Positions 48,386-56,766 of a DNA stretch of 64,000 bases are shown one piece after another. The notes below the pieces were generated by a model, which saw only the letters and a program-made list of their open reading frames with translations, was not told where the DNA came from and searched no databases. The stretch is taken from positions 33,051-97,050 of the forward strand of contig CAYPNT010000002.1 in the NCBI GenBank assembly GCA_964412235.1, read 5' to 3'. The stretch comes from an uncultured Rhodospirillaceae bacterium (GTDB taxonomy: Bacteria; Pseudomonadota; Alphaproteobacteria; MPNO01; UBA830). The translations under genes were made by a program, and so were the position numbers. Each line of letters begins with the position of its first letter. Position 1 is the first letter of the stretch.

Positions 48386-49939
48386 TTGTTTATAGCCAAC
48401 ATTAATAGGATCGAATTTTCAGTGTTACTTGGAAACATTCTGAGGCTTGCAAGCCAGCGTAATCCCCGTAAAACAGCGATAATCTCAGGTGATAGCAAGC
48501 TGTCATATGCCGATTACAACGACCAAGCGAACCGCTTTGCAAATTTTCTCCTACAATTGGACCTCCAAATTGGGGATCGGGTTGCATCCGTTCTCTATAA
48601 CACCCCGGAATATGGCATTACTCACTTTGGTAACGCACGAGTTGGCAGCGTACTCGTTCATGTATCACCAATGTACGCCCCGCCAGCCATCGCTCATATT
48701 TTGGAGCGCACCAAACCACGAGTGATCATCGCCGATATAGCTATAGCGGCAAAGTTAGACCAAATCAGGGACAAGCTTGGCTTCGTTGAACGTATTGTTT
48801 TTGTAGGTGACGATTTTACGGAAACTCTGAACATACATCCAACTACTGATCCTCAATTGGATTTAGATCCAAACGCCCCAGTCGCCATGACTTTCACAGG
48901 TGGAACTACGGGGGAACCTAAAGGAGCCGTCGTAAGTCATAACGCTCGATATGTATCCGCCTGGACGACGGCGCTCGAACACCAGATAACGGATGCAGAC
49001 ATAGCTGGCGTCGTCACACCAATGTTCCACGCGGTCAGCCTAATGATATGGTATCAGGCAACCATCATGGCGGGTTGCACTGCTGTTATATTTCGCAAGT
49101 GGGACGCAGGGGATTTTATAAAAAAAACAGAACAACATAAAATATCGACAGTATTTATGGTTCCGGTCCAAGTACGTGATCTCCTCCAATCTGATGCGTT
49201 CGATCCAGACCAATTGGTGACGTTAGAAAACATTGGGGTGGGCGGCGCCATGACCCCGGAGGGGCTCATTGAAGAATGCCGCAAAGCACTTCCACACTGT
49301 GGATATACCGATCACTATGGGCAGTCTGAAACGGGGCCATTGACCATCCTTAAACCTTGGGAAACAGAGACCCACAAAGGTACTATTGGTCGCGCCGCAA
49401 CCGGAGTCGATATTCGTCTGGTGGACGAAGACGGCAATCGGGTTCCTCCGGGAATGATTGGCGAACTCATCTCCCGAGGTCCCTTTCTTATGGATGGGTA
49501 TTTTGATAACGACACAGAAACAAAACATTACTTCCGTAAAAACGACGGCTGGGGTTGGTCGGGCGACCTTGCAATCATGGACGAGGATGGCTTTATTACG
49601 CTGGTCGGGCGCTCTAAAGAAATGATTATTTCAGGCGGAATCAATATATACCCGAGAGAAATAGAGGTCGTCCTGGAGGGCCACCCCTCCGTTGAAGAGT
49701 GCACGGTATTTGGTGTGCCCGATGACAAATGGGGGGAAGCGCTAATCGCCTATGTCGTGGAAAAGGGAGATCCACCAACTACGGAAAATGAATTAGCACA
49801 ATTTTGTGGTGAACAGCTCGCCCGGTACAAACGACCAAAGACAGTGATTTTCGTTCCGCAAATCCCAAAAACACCATCGGGAAAGATACAAAAGCCCCTC
49901 CTGAAAAAGGCTTACTTAGACGGGAAATTACTTCCTTGA
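48386..49939 (+). CDS. AMP-dependent acyl-CoA synthetase/ligase; start uncertain (TTG 48386 or GTG 48422)
   Basis: 'TFTGGTTGEPKGAV', 'GRSKEMIISGGINIYPREIE', C-terminal 'PKTPSGKIQK'. Confidence 0.85.
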   Translation: MFIANINRIEFSVLLGNILRLASQRNPRKTAIISGDSKLSYADYNDQANRFANFLLQLDLQIGDRVASVLYNTPEYGITHFGNARVGSVLVHVSPMYAPPAIAHILERTKPRVIIADIAIAAKLDQIRDKLGFVERIVFVGDDFTETLNIHPTTDPQLDLDPNAPVAMTFTGGTTGEPKGAVVSHNARYVSAWTTALEHQITDADIAGVVTPMFHAVSLMIWYQATIMAGCTAVIFRKWDAGDFIKKTEQHKISTVFMVPVQVRDLLQSDAFDPDQLVTLENIGVGGAMTPEGLIEECRKALPHCGYTDHYGQSETGPLTILKPWETETHKGTIGRAATGVDIRLVDEDGNRVPPGMIGELISRGPFLMDGYFDNDTETKHYFRKNDGWGWSGDLAIMDEDGFITLVGRSKEMIISGGINIYPREIEVVLEGHPSVEECTVFGVPDDKWGEALIAYVVEKGDPPTTENELAQFCGEQLARYKRPKTVIFVPQIPKTPSGKIQKPLLKKAYLDGKLLP

Positions 49940-50078
49940 CATCCGCGTACCTAATTGACGCATCCACCCCCACGACCTTGCCATAAACAGCATGTCCCGA
50001 TAGTCTGCAAATCATTAGGTAGCGAAGTAATATTTGTGCCTTCTGATTAAAATGCCGGGACAAGGGACCATACAGGTA

Positions 50079-50831
50079 ATGCAACTTCAGGGAATAGAAC
50101 TAGACGTTGTTTGCAAGGGGGCAGGCGAACCTTTACTGCTTCTCCACGGCGGGGGCGGCCCCATCGCGAACATGCCATTTGCGGATAAACTCGCAGAGAA
50201 ATTTGAAATATTTGCACCCACACATCCTGGGTTTGCCGGGAGCAAAATCCCCGACCATTTTACACGCGTTGATGATTTAGTTTTCCTTTATCTCGATTTA
50301 TTAGATGAACTTGATCTCCAGAACATCACACTCATGGGTTTCTCGATGGGCGGTTGGACCGCCGTGGAACTCGCAACCGCAAATTCTAACCGCCTTTCAC
50401 GTCTGATACTGGTTGATCCAGTTGGCGTAAAAATCGGTGGCAGAGAAGACCGTGACATCGCCGATGTGTTTGCCCTACCAACCGAAAAACTTGCGGAATT
50501 AATGTTCCACGATCCATCGATGGCACCGAATCCTGCCGATATTCCGGACGAGCAACTCGAGATTATTGCCGCCAACCGCACAGCGCTTGGCGTGTACACC
50601 TGGGAGCCATATATGCACAACCCGAAGCTCCCCCATCGCATACATCGAATTAAAATACCAACCCATTTTATATGGGGGGCAAGTGACGGACTTGTAACTG
50701 TCGATTATGGTAAAAAGTACTGTTCCATGATCCAGGGTGCGACGTTCAATATAATCGAGAAGGCGGGTCACTCCCCACAAATGGAGCAACCAGACGCCTT
50801 TATCAATACCGTATTTGAAGTCACAGGCTAA
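50079..50831 (+). CDS. Alpha/beta hydrolase (meta-cleavage-product hydrolase-like), copy 1
   Basis: 'LLLHGGGG', nucleophile 'GFSMGGW', 'AGHSPQMEQP'. Start uncertain (50034, 50052 or 50079). Confidence 0.75.
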   Translation: MQLQGIELDVVCKGAGEPLLLLHGGGGPIANMPFADKLAEKFEIFAPTHPGFAGSKIPDHFTRVDDLVFLYLDLLDELDLQNITLMGFSMGGWTAVELATANSNRLSRLILVDPVGVKIGGREDRDIADVFALPTEKLAELMFHDPSMAPNPADIPDEQLEIIAANRTALGVYTWEPYMHNPKLPHRIHRIKIPTHFIWGASDGLVTVDYGKKYCSMIQGATFNIIEKAGHSPQMEQPDAFINTVFEVTG

Positions 50832-50846
50832 TAAAGGAGTAATTGC

Positions 50847-52079
50847 ATGAAATCCTGGTGGTTTACAGAGGACTGTTACCCTCATCTTCCAGATCAAGAG
50901 ACATACCGCTCCATTCGGGTAGATCTCCCAAACAAACACTGTGAACCTGAAACAGCGCATGAGCTTTACAATCGATATCTTGATCTCTGGTGTGCGTGTG
51001 ATGAAATCGGCTTGGAGATCATGCTTAACGAACACCATCAAACAGCGACATGCATGGTGCCCGCAGCCCCGATATTACTTGGTATCCTCGCCCGGCAAAC
51101 TGAAAAAGCTCGACTACTGATCCTTGGAAATCCCTTGCCTAATAGAAACCAGCCGGTGCGGGTCGCCGAAGAAATGGCACTAGTAGATGTAATTTCCAAA
51201 GGACGTGTGGAGTGTGGCTTTGTGCGCTCAGTTCCTTACGAAGCAGCTGCCGCTAACATCCTTCCCTACAAGGGCACGGAACGCCTTTGGGAAGCCCATG
51301 ACTTGATCACGAAGGCTTGGACCACCCATGACGGACCATTTAATTTCGAAGGTAAGTGGTTTCATCATCGCCAAGTCAACATCTGGCCACGACCATATCA
51401 GCAGCCACACCCACCGGTTTGGATTACGATGGGTAGCCCGGGAACAGCCGTACCGGTCGCCGAGCATAAACATATTGGGGCGGTCTTTTTAGCAGGCTAT
51501 CCAAGAATTCGCGAAATTTATAATGGCTATCGCCAGGCTTACTTAGACAAACATAACGAGCACGCACCGCTGGACCGACTGGCCTATCTAGGGCTTTGCT
51601 ATGTGGGCGAAAACGAGCGGGAAGCGGAAGAAGGAGCACGCAAACTTCTCTGGTATATGGAATCAAACAAAGTCCCCCAAGAATGGAGCAACCCGCCAGG
51701 ATATCATCCACCTCCTGTTTCGGCCACAGTAATGAAAGGCACTAAAGAAGGATCAGGGGTGCCCCTCAATCCAACCCTCGACCAACAGATGGCAAGAGGT
51801 AATGTCTTTGCTGGCACACCAGACCAAGTGTACAAGCAGATCAAAGCTTTTTGGGAATACGCTGGCGGCTTTGGCCACATGTTAATCATGGGGCAGGCAG
51901 GCTTTTTGTCTGATGAGGACGCGATCAAGTCTATGAAGCTTTACTCAAATGAAGTGTATCCGAGACTTCGAGAGTTAACAAAAAATGCGGATCCAGCGGA
52001 GCTCTGGGAGAAAAGTAAAGCGATGGACGCAAGAGAGGGTGTGGATTTAGGAACATTCGGCGTCGAATTCGTGCGTTAG
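50847..52079 (+). CDS. Luciferase-like (LLM class) flavin-dependent oxidoreductase, paralog 1
   Basis: 410 aa TIM-barrel LLM-type sequence. Nearly colinear with the next gene. Confidence 0.7.
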   Translation: MKSWWFTEDCYPHLPDQETYRSIRVDLPNKHCEPETAHELYNRYLDLWCACDEIGLEIMLNEHHQTATCMVPAAPILLGILARQTEKARLLILGNPLPNRNQPVRVAEEMALVDVISKGRVECGFVRSVPYEAAAANILPYKGTERLWEAHDLITKAWTTHDGPFNFEGKWFHHRQVNIWPRPYQQPHPPVWITMGSPGTAVPVAEHKHIGAVFLAGYPRIREIYNGYRQAYLDKHNEHAPLDRLAYLGLCYVGENEREAEEGARKLLWYMESNKVPQEWSNPPGYHPPPVSATVMKGTKEGSGVPLNPTLDQQMARGNVFAGTPDQVYKQIKAFWEYAGGFGHMLIMGQAGFLSDEDAIKSMKLYSNEVYPRLRELTKNADPAELWEKSKAMDAREGVDLGTFGVEFVR

Positions 52080-52107
52080 ACGAGGTTCTATCCAGAGTAT
52101 TTTAACT

Positions 52108-53352
52108 ATGCCGGATCTAAAAACCTGGTTTTTTACAGAGGATTGTTATCCTGACCTGCCGCCGCAGGAAACGTATGAATCAATTCGCGTTGATTTACCA
52201 AACAAGTTCTGTGAACCCGAAAACGCAAGCCGGTTATATAATCAATACCTTGATCTATGGTGTGCGGCTGACGAGATTGGCCTCGAAATAATGATAAACG
52301 AGCACCACCAAACCGCTACTTGTATGGTTCCTGCCGCACCTATAATGCTTGGAATACTTGCTCGACAGACAACAAACGCGCGCTTACTCATTCTCGGCAA
52401 CCCACTCCCCAATCGTAATCAGCCCGTACGTGTGGCAGAAGAAATGGCACTAATCGACGTAATTTCTAAAGGGCGGCTAGAGTGCGGTTTCGTAAGATCC
52501 GTCCCGTATGAAGCGGCTGCCGCTAATATTCTCCCCTACAAAGGCTCGGAACGGCTTTGGGAAGCCCACGATCTAATAATGAAAGCGTGGACCACCCATG
52601 ATGGGCCATTCAATTTTGAGGGGAAATGGCATCATCACCGCCAAGTCAATATATGGCCACGACCTTTCCAACAACCTCACCCACCGGTGTGGATAACGAC
52701 GGGAAGCGCCAACAGTACTGAACCAGTAGCTAAGAACGCGCATGTTGCCGCAGTCTTTTTAGCAGGTTATTCACGAATACGGCCCATATTTGACGCGTAC
52801 CGTTTAAATTATCGAACATTTCACGGAAAACATGCACCACTAGACCGGCTGGCGTATTGTGGCCTGATCTACGTGGGGGATAATGAACGGGACGCAGAAG
52901 CCGGCGCTAATCAGTTAATGTGGTATATGCAAGCCAATAAAGTTTCTGAACCTTGGAAAAACCCGCCTGGTTATCACCCGCCGCCAATTTCGGCCAATGT
53001 GTTGCGTGGCGCACACGTGTCAGGTTCCGGGGCCGTCTACAGTACAGAACTTAAAGAGCACATGCGACGCGGTAACGTTTTTGCGGGTACACCAGACCAA
53101 GTATACGAGCAAATCAAAGCATTTTGGGAGTATTCGGGAGGTTTTGGGCACATGCTAATGATGGGCCAAGCCGGCCATCTAAGTGAAAAAAATACCCTGA
53201 GGTCAATGAACCTTTTTAATGACGAGGTCTATCCTCGGCTCCGTCAACTCGCGGCCGCATGGGATCCGGAAGAAGTCATGGAAAAGCGAAAGACTATGCC
53301 AGACCAAGACCATGCGGATATAAATAATTTGGCAGTAGATTTCGTGAGGTAA
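52108..53352 (+). CDS. Luciferase-like (LLM class) flavin-dependent oxidoreductase, paralog 2
   Basis: 414 aa. Long identical blocks with paralog 1 ('NEHHQTATCMVPAAP', 'LLILGNPLPNRNQPVRVAEEMAL', 'THDGPFNFEGKW'). Confidence 0.7.
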   Translation: MPDLKTWFFTEDCYPDLPPQETYESIRVDLPNKFCEPENASRLYNQYLDLWCAADEIGLEIMINEHHQTATCMVPAAPIMLGILARQTTNARLLILGNPLPNRNQPVRVAEEMALIDVISKGRLECGFVRSVPYEAAAANILPYKGSERLWEAHDLIMKAWTTHDGPFNFEGKWHHHRQVNIWPRPFQQPHPPVWITTGSANSTEPVAKNAHVAAVFLAGYSRIRPIFDAYRLNYRTFHGKHAPLDRLAYCGLIYVGDNERDAEAGANQLMWYMQANKVSEPWKNPPGYHPPPISANVLRGAHVSGSGAVYSTELKEHMRRGNVFAGTPDQVYEQIKAFWEYSGGFGHMLMMGQAGHLSEKNTLRSMNLFNDEVYPRLRQLAAAWDPEEVMEKRKTMPDQDHADINNLAVDFVR

Positions 53353-53355
53353 AAA

Positions 53356-54228
53356 ATGTCAGATATACAATCCAAATTTGTCACCGTAGATGGAATAAAT
53401 ACGCACTATTTGGAAGCAGGAAAATCAAGAGGTGAGGCGCCAACGGTCGCGTTATTGCATTCGGGAGAATTCGGTGGGTGTGCAGAAATAAGTTGGGAAT
53501 ATACCATACCGGCTTTAGCAGAACACTTCCACGTCATAGCGCCTGATTGGCTGGGGTTTGGACGAACTGATAAGATATACGATTTCGCGGATCAACGCTC
53601 TCGCGTCTACAATCATATGTCCCGTTTCTACGAAGTCATTGGTGTTACGGAGGCTGATTTTATTGGAAATTCTATGGGTGGTTCCAATTTAGCCCGCATT
53701 ATAGCTGACCCGCCCCTGATATTACCTGTGCGTTCTGCAATACTCTGCTCGGGAGGCGGATTCACACCGCTCACCGACGAACGCAAGGTTTTGCTCGCCT
53801 ATGATGGCACAGCCAAAGCTATGAGAGATCTTTTACACGCGATGTTGCATGATCCAAAATGGGGAAATGACCCCGATTACGTCGCCCGGCGCCAGGAAAT
53901 GGCGTTAATGCCTGGTGCATTTGAATGTGCATCAGCGCCACGCCTTAAATTGCCTAAGCCGCAACCGCCAAAAGCCGAGGCACCCGAGCAAGGATTTGGA
54001 ATACCCGACAACACAGTTTATGAAAACGTTGAAATTCCTGTGCTGATCGTTGCAGGAAAAAATGACCCCTTGCGTGAAGCCGGGTATTCAAACGACCTCG
54101 CTGCTCGAATTCGAGATAACGAGCACCATGTCTACGAAAACTGTGGCCATTGCCCAAATATCGAGTACGCGGATAAATTCAATGCACATGCCATTGATTT
54201 TTTAAAACGTGTGCATGCAAACATATAA
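53356..54228 (+). CDS. Alpha/beta hydrolase (meta-cleavage-product C-C hydrolase-like), copy 2
   Basis: 'LLHSGEFGG', BphD/HsaD-type nucleophile 'GNSMGG', 'CGHCPNIE'. Confidence 0.75.
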   Translation: MSDIQSKFVTVDGINTHYLEAGKSRGEAPTVALLHSGEFGGCAEISWEYTIPALAEHFHVIAPDWLGFGRTDKIYDFADQRSRVYNHMSRFYEVIGVTEADFIGNSMGGSNLARIIADPPLILPVRSAILCSGGGFTPLTDERKVLLAYDGTAKAMRDLLHAMLHDPKWGNDPDYVARRQEMALMPGAFECASAPRLKLPKPQPPKAEAPEQGFGIPDNTVYENVEIPVLIVAGKNDPLREAGYSNDLAARIRDNEHHVYENCGHCPNIEYADKFNAHAIDFLKRVHANI

Positions 54229-54263
54229 AAAAACGGTGGACGCCTGTTCAAACAGACGTCCAC
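54227..54263 (-). terminator. Candidate rho-independent terminator for the minus-strand crotonase gene
   Basis: GTGGACG...CGTCCAC stem (54236-54242 / 54257-54263) with an inner CTGT/ACAG. On the minus strand it is followed by a T-run (A-run 54227-54233 on plus). Confidence 0.5.
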
Positions 54264-54356
54264 TGTAGAAATCGGCGTATGTTGTCACAAATAATGGTAG
54301 CAAACGGTTACTTGAATAAAAATAATGCTATTAGCGTTCGGTATTTGCGGAGAAAA

Positions 54357-55190
54357 TTAGGTGTCCCTAGTCACAGCCTCCAGACCCGGACGATAGGTCT
54401 TCTTATCAAGAAACTCTTCCATTCCCCGTGCACGGGTATTCTCGTTATCCATAAACCGCAGTGCCTGGATTTTAGTCATTAAATATTCATACGCCTGTGG
54501 CACATCCATACTACCAACATTTCTAATTGCCTGTTTGGTAAACGCAAGAGCCACCGGGCTTTTTGACATCAATTCGCGGGCAAGAGCAACTGTCTCTTCC
54601 CGAAGTTGTTCTGCTGGTACAGCTATATCAGCTAGATTCATCTCTACGGCTTTTTTACCATCGAACGTTCGGCCGGTCATAGAATAAAACATCGCGTTTC
54701 TGAAAGGCATCCTGTCAACAATAACCTTAGACACGATACCCCCGGGAATAATTCCCCAGTTTATCTCTGATAATCCATAAACAGCATCTTCGGCCGTAAC
54801 AACGAGATCACAATTTGATAGAGGAACAAACGCGCCGCCGAATAAATAACCATTGACCATAGCTATTGAGGGTTTACGAGAATTGGTCAAAACATCCCAG
54901 GACCAATGCTTATTCGCTGTAAATGACTTGAACTGTGCTTCTGGATTGTTGTCGGTTTCTCTAAAATATTCCCGCAGATCCATACCCGCACTCCAGCTAT
55001 TGCCAGCGCCCGTTAATACGATCACCTTTGCCGCTGGGTCTGTTTCCAACGCCATCAAAACTTCCTCCATTTCATAATGAAGTGTCGGATTCATCGCATT
55101 TCGTTTTTCCGGACGATTGAAAGTAACCCACGCAATTCCTTCTTCATCTATCTCCACGTCGACACAAGTTAAGTCATCACGAATAGCCAT
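54357..55190 (-). CDS. Crotonase-fold enzyme, hydroxycinnamoyl-CoA hydratase-lyase (HCHL / FerB / Ech)-like
   Basis: 277 aa. Close by-eye match to remembered HCHL blocks: 'GIAWVTFNRPEKRNAM', 'LTGAGNSWSAGMDLREYFRE', 'SEINWGIIPGG' (Glu142). Confidence 0.65.
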   Translation of the reverse strand: MAIRDDLTCVDVEIDEEGIAWVTFNRPEKRNAMNPTLHYEMEEVLMALETDPAAKVIVLTGAGNSWSAGMDLREYFRETDNNPEAQFKSFTANKHWSWDVLTNSRKPSIAMVNGYLFGGAFVPLSNCDLVVTAEDAVYGLSEINWGIIPGGIVSKVIVDRMPFRNAMFYSMTGRTFDGKKAVEMNLADIAVPAEQLREETVALARELMSKSPVALAFTKQAIRNVGSMDVPQAYEYLMTKIQALRFMDNENTRARGMEEFLDKKTYRPGLEAVTRDT

Positions 55191-55234
55191 AAGTATCCCT
55201 CTCTGTATTTAGGTTTAAATTAAAGTTTTTCATA

Positions 55235-56716
55235 TCACGATCGTTGTATGCGGCGCTGCCGTTGATAAAAATGACAAACCAAACCTAGTGACCGAACCGC
55301 AGCGGTTGGTTCTACATACATAGGAATACCCGCAGCAGCCATCTCAACTCGATGTTCCCGGGTTGTGGTTGCCGAAAGGGCTATTAAGATATGTGGATAT
55401 TGCTGTGCGCGGGCAATTAATCCACTGGAAAGCGGCTCCCAATGGCGATCAATCAAACCGAGGTGTGTCATAAATAACGTCATGCAATCGTATCGACCCG
55501 ATGCTAGTGCAATGTCCATGAAGCTGAGGGGTATATCCATGTCCATAATGCCCGGCCCCGCCGTGTCCGTTGGATTTAGGGGAGATGCGAAAGGAACAAT
55601 GCCTAATAATTGCTGTTTTAGTTTAGAATTCAAGTCGGGCATCTTCAATCCAGCCTGATCGGCAGCGTCCGCAATCAGTGCTCCTACCCCACCCGATATT
55701 GTCACGGCCCCAAAGTTTATAGAGTAAGGTATAATATTGGGAGCAAATGCGGCTGTTATATCTGCAAGGTCTTCCAGTGAGTGCGCGCGTATCGCGCCCG
55801 ACTGCCGCACCACACCATCAAAGACCTTATCATACCCTGCCAATGACGCGGTATGGGATAACGTAGCACGTGCACCCAATTTGCTCGTCCCCGCCTTTAG
55901 AAGAATGACCGGCTTGCCCGCCTTATCCGCGCTTTCGAGAGCGTCAACAAGTTTTCTACCCTCGGGTAATCCCTCTAAATAAAGGACGATCGTTGATGTT
56001 TGACTATCCTGCACGAGCCAAGACAAGCAATCAGCAACGTCAATGTCTGACTGGTTGCCGGTAGTCACCCATTTCCCAATGCCTACCCCTCGATCACGCA
56101 ACAGAACCATTAGATGGATACCGATCGCACCTGATTGGCTTACAATCGCTGTATTCCCTGATAGAGGAAAACCTCGTCCCCCATAATGCTCGAACGAACT
56201 GGTAAATGTTCCGTAAAACTCCTTTGATCTGTTAAACACACCCATGCAATTAGGTCCCAATATTCGCATTCCACCCCCGCGCGCAATTTTAACCAGGTGT
56301 TTTTGTGCGGCGTAACCTTTTTTGCCGAGTTCGGCATAACCCGCTGAAAATATCACCGCGACCCGAACACCCGCATCAACACAGCTATATATCGCAGCTT
56401 CCACAGAAGCCGCTGGAACCGAAATAATGGCGCAATCTATCGGACCGTCGATCTCAGCTATATTTGGAACAGCAGGCACACCTTGCACAAAATCAACAGT
56501 AGGATTCACAGGAATTAACTGACCCGAAAAACCTCTCGTCTTCATATAATTTATAGGTAATCCACCAAATTTTTGTGGGTCCGTAGATGCGCCGATTACC
56601 GCAACGGTTCGCGGCAAAAAAAGGGGATCGAGATCCTGTTGGATTTTAGATACCTTAGAAATTTTTAATGCCAAATAAGATGTTTTTGAAATCACAAGAT
56701 TGACCTTCTTGCCCAT
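55235..56716 (-). CDS. NDP-forming acyl-CoA synthetase, alpha part only (CoA-binding + ligase-CoA domains)
   Basis: 'RTVAVIGAS' CoA-binding Rossmann, 'GPNCMGV', phosphohistidine loop 'LSHTASLAG'. No ATP-grasp domain. ATG at 56716. Confidence 0.75.
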   Translation of the reverse strand: MGKKVNLVISKTSYLALKISKVSKIQQDLDPLFLPRTVAVIGASTDPQKFGGLPINYMKTRGFSGQLIPVNPTVDFVQGVPAVPNIAEIDGPIDCAIISVPAASVEAAIYSCVDAGVRVAVIFSAGYAELGKKGYAAQKHLVKIARGGGMRILGPNCMGVFNRSKEFYGTFTSSFEHYGGRGFPLSGNTAIVSQSGAIGIHLMVLLRDRGVGIGKWVTTGNQSDIDVADCLSWLVQDSQTSTIVLYLEGLPEGRKLVDALESADKAGKPVILLKAGTSKLGARATLSHTASLAGYDKVFDGVVRQSGAIRAHSLEDLADITAAFAPNIIPYSINFGAVTISGGVGALIADAADQAGLKMPDLNSKLKQQLLGIVPFASPLNPTDTAGPGIMDMDIPLSFMDIALASGRYDCMTLFMTHLGLIDRHWEPLSSGLIARAQQYPHILIALSATTTREHRVEMAAAGIPMYVEPTAAVRSLGLVCHFYQRQRRIQRS

Positions 56717-56766
56717 CCAGAGCAAGAAGGCTCTACTAGGATAACGAAATTATACCGAGCTACAAC

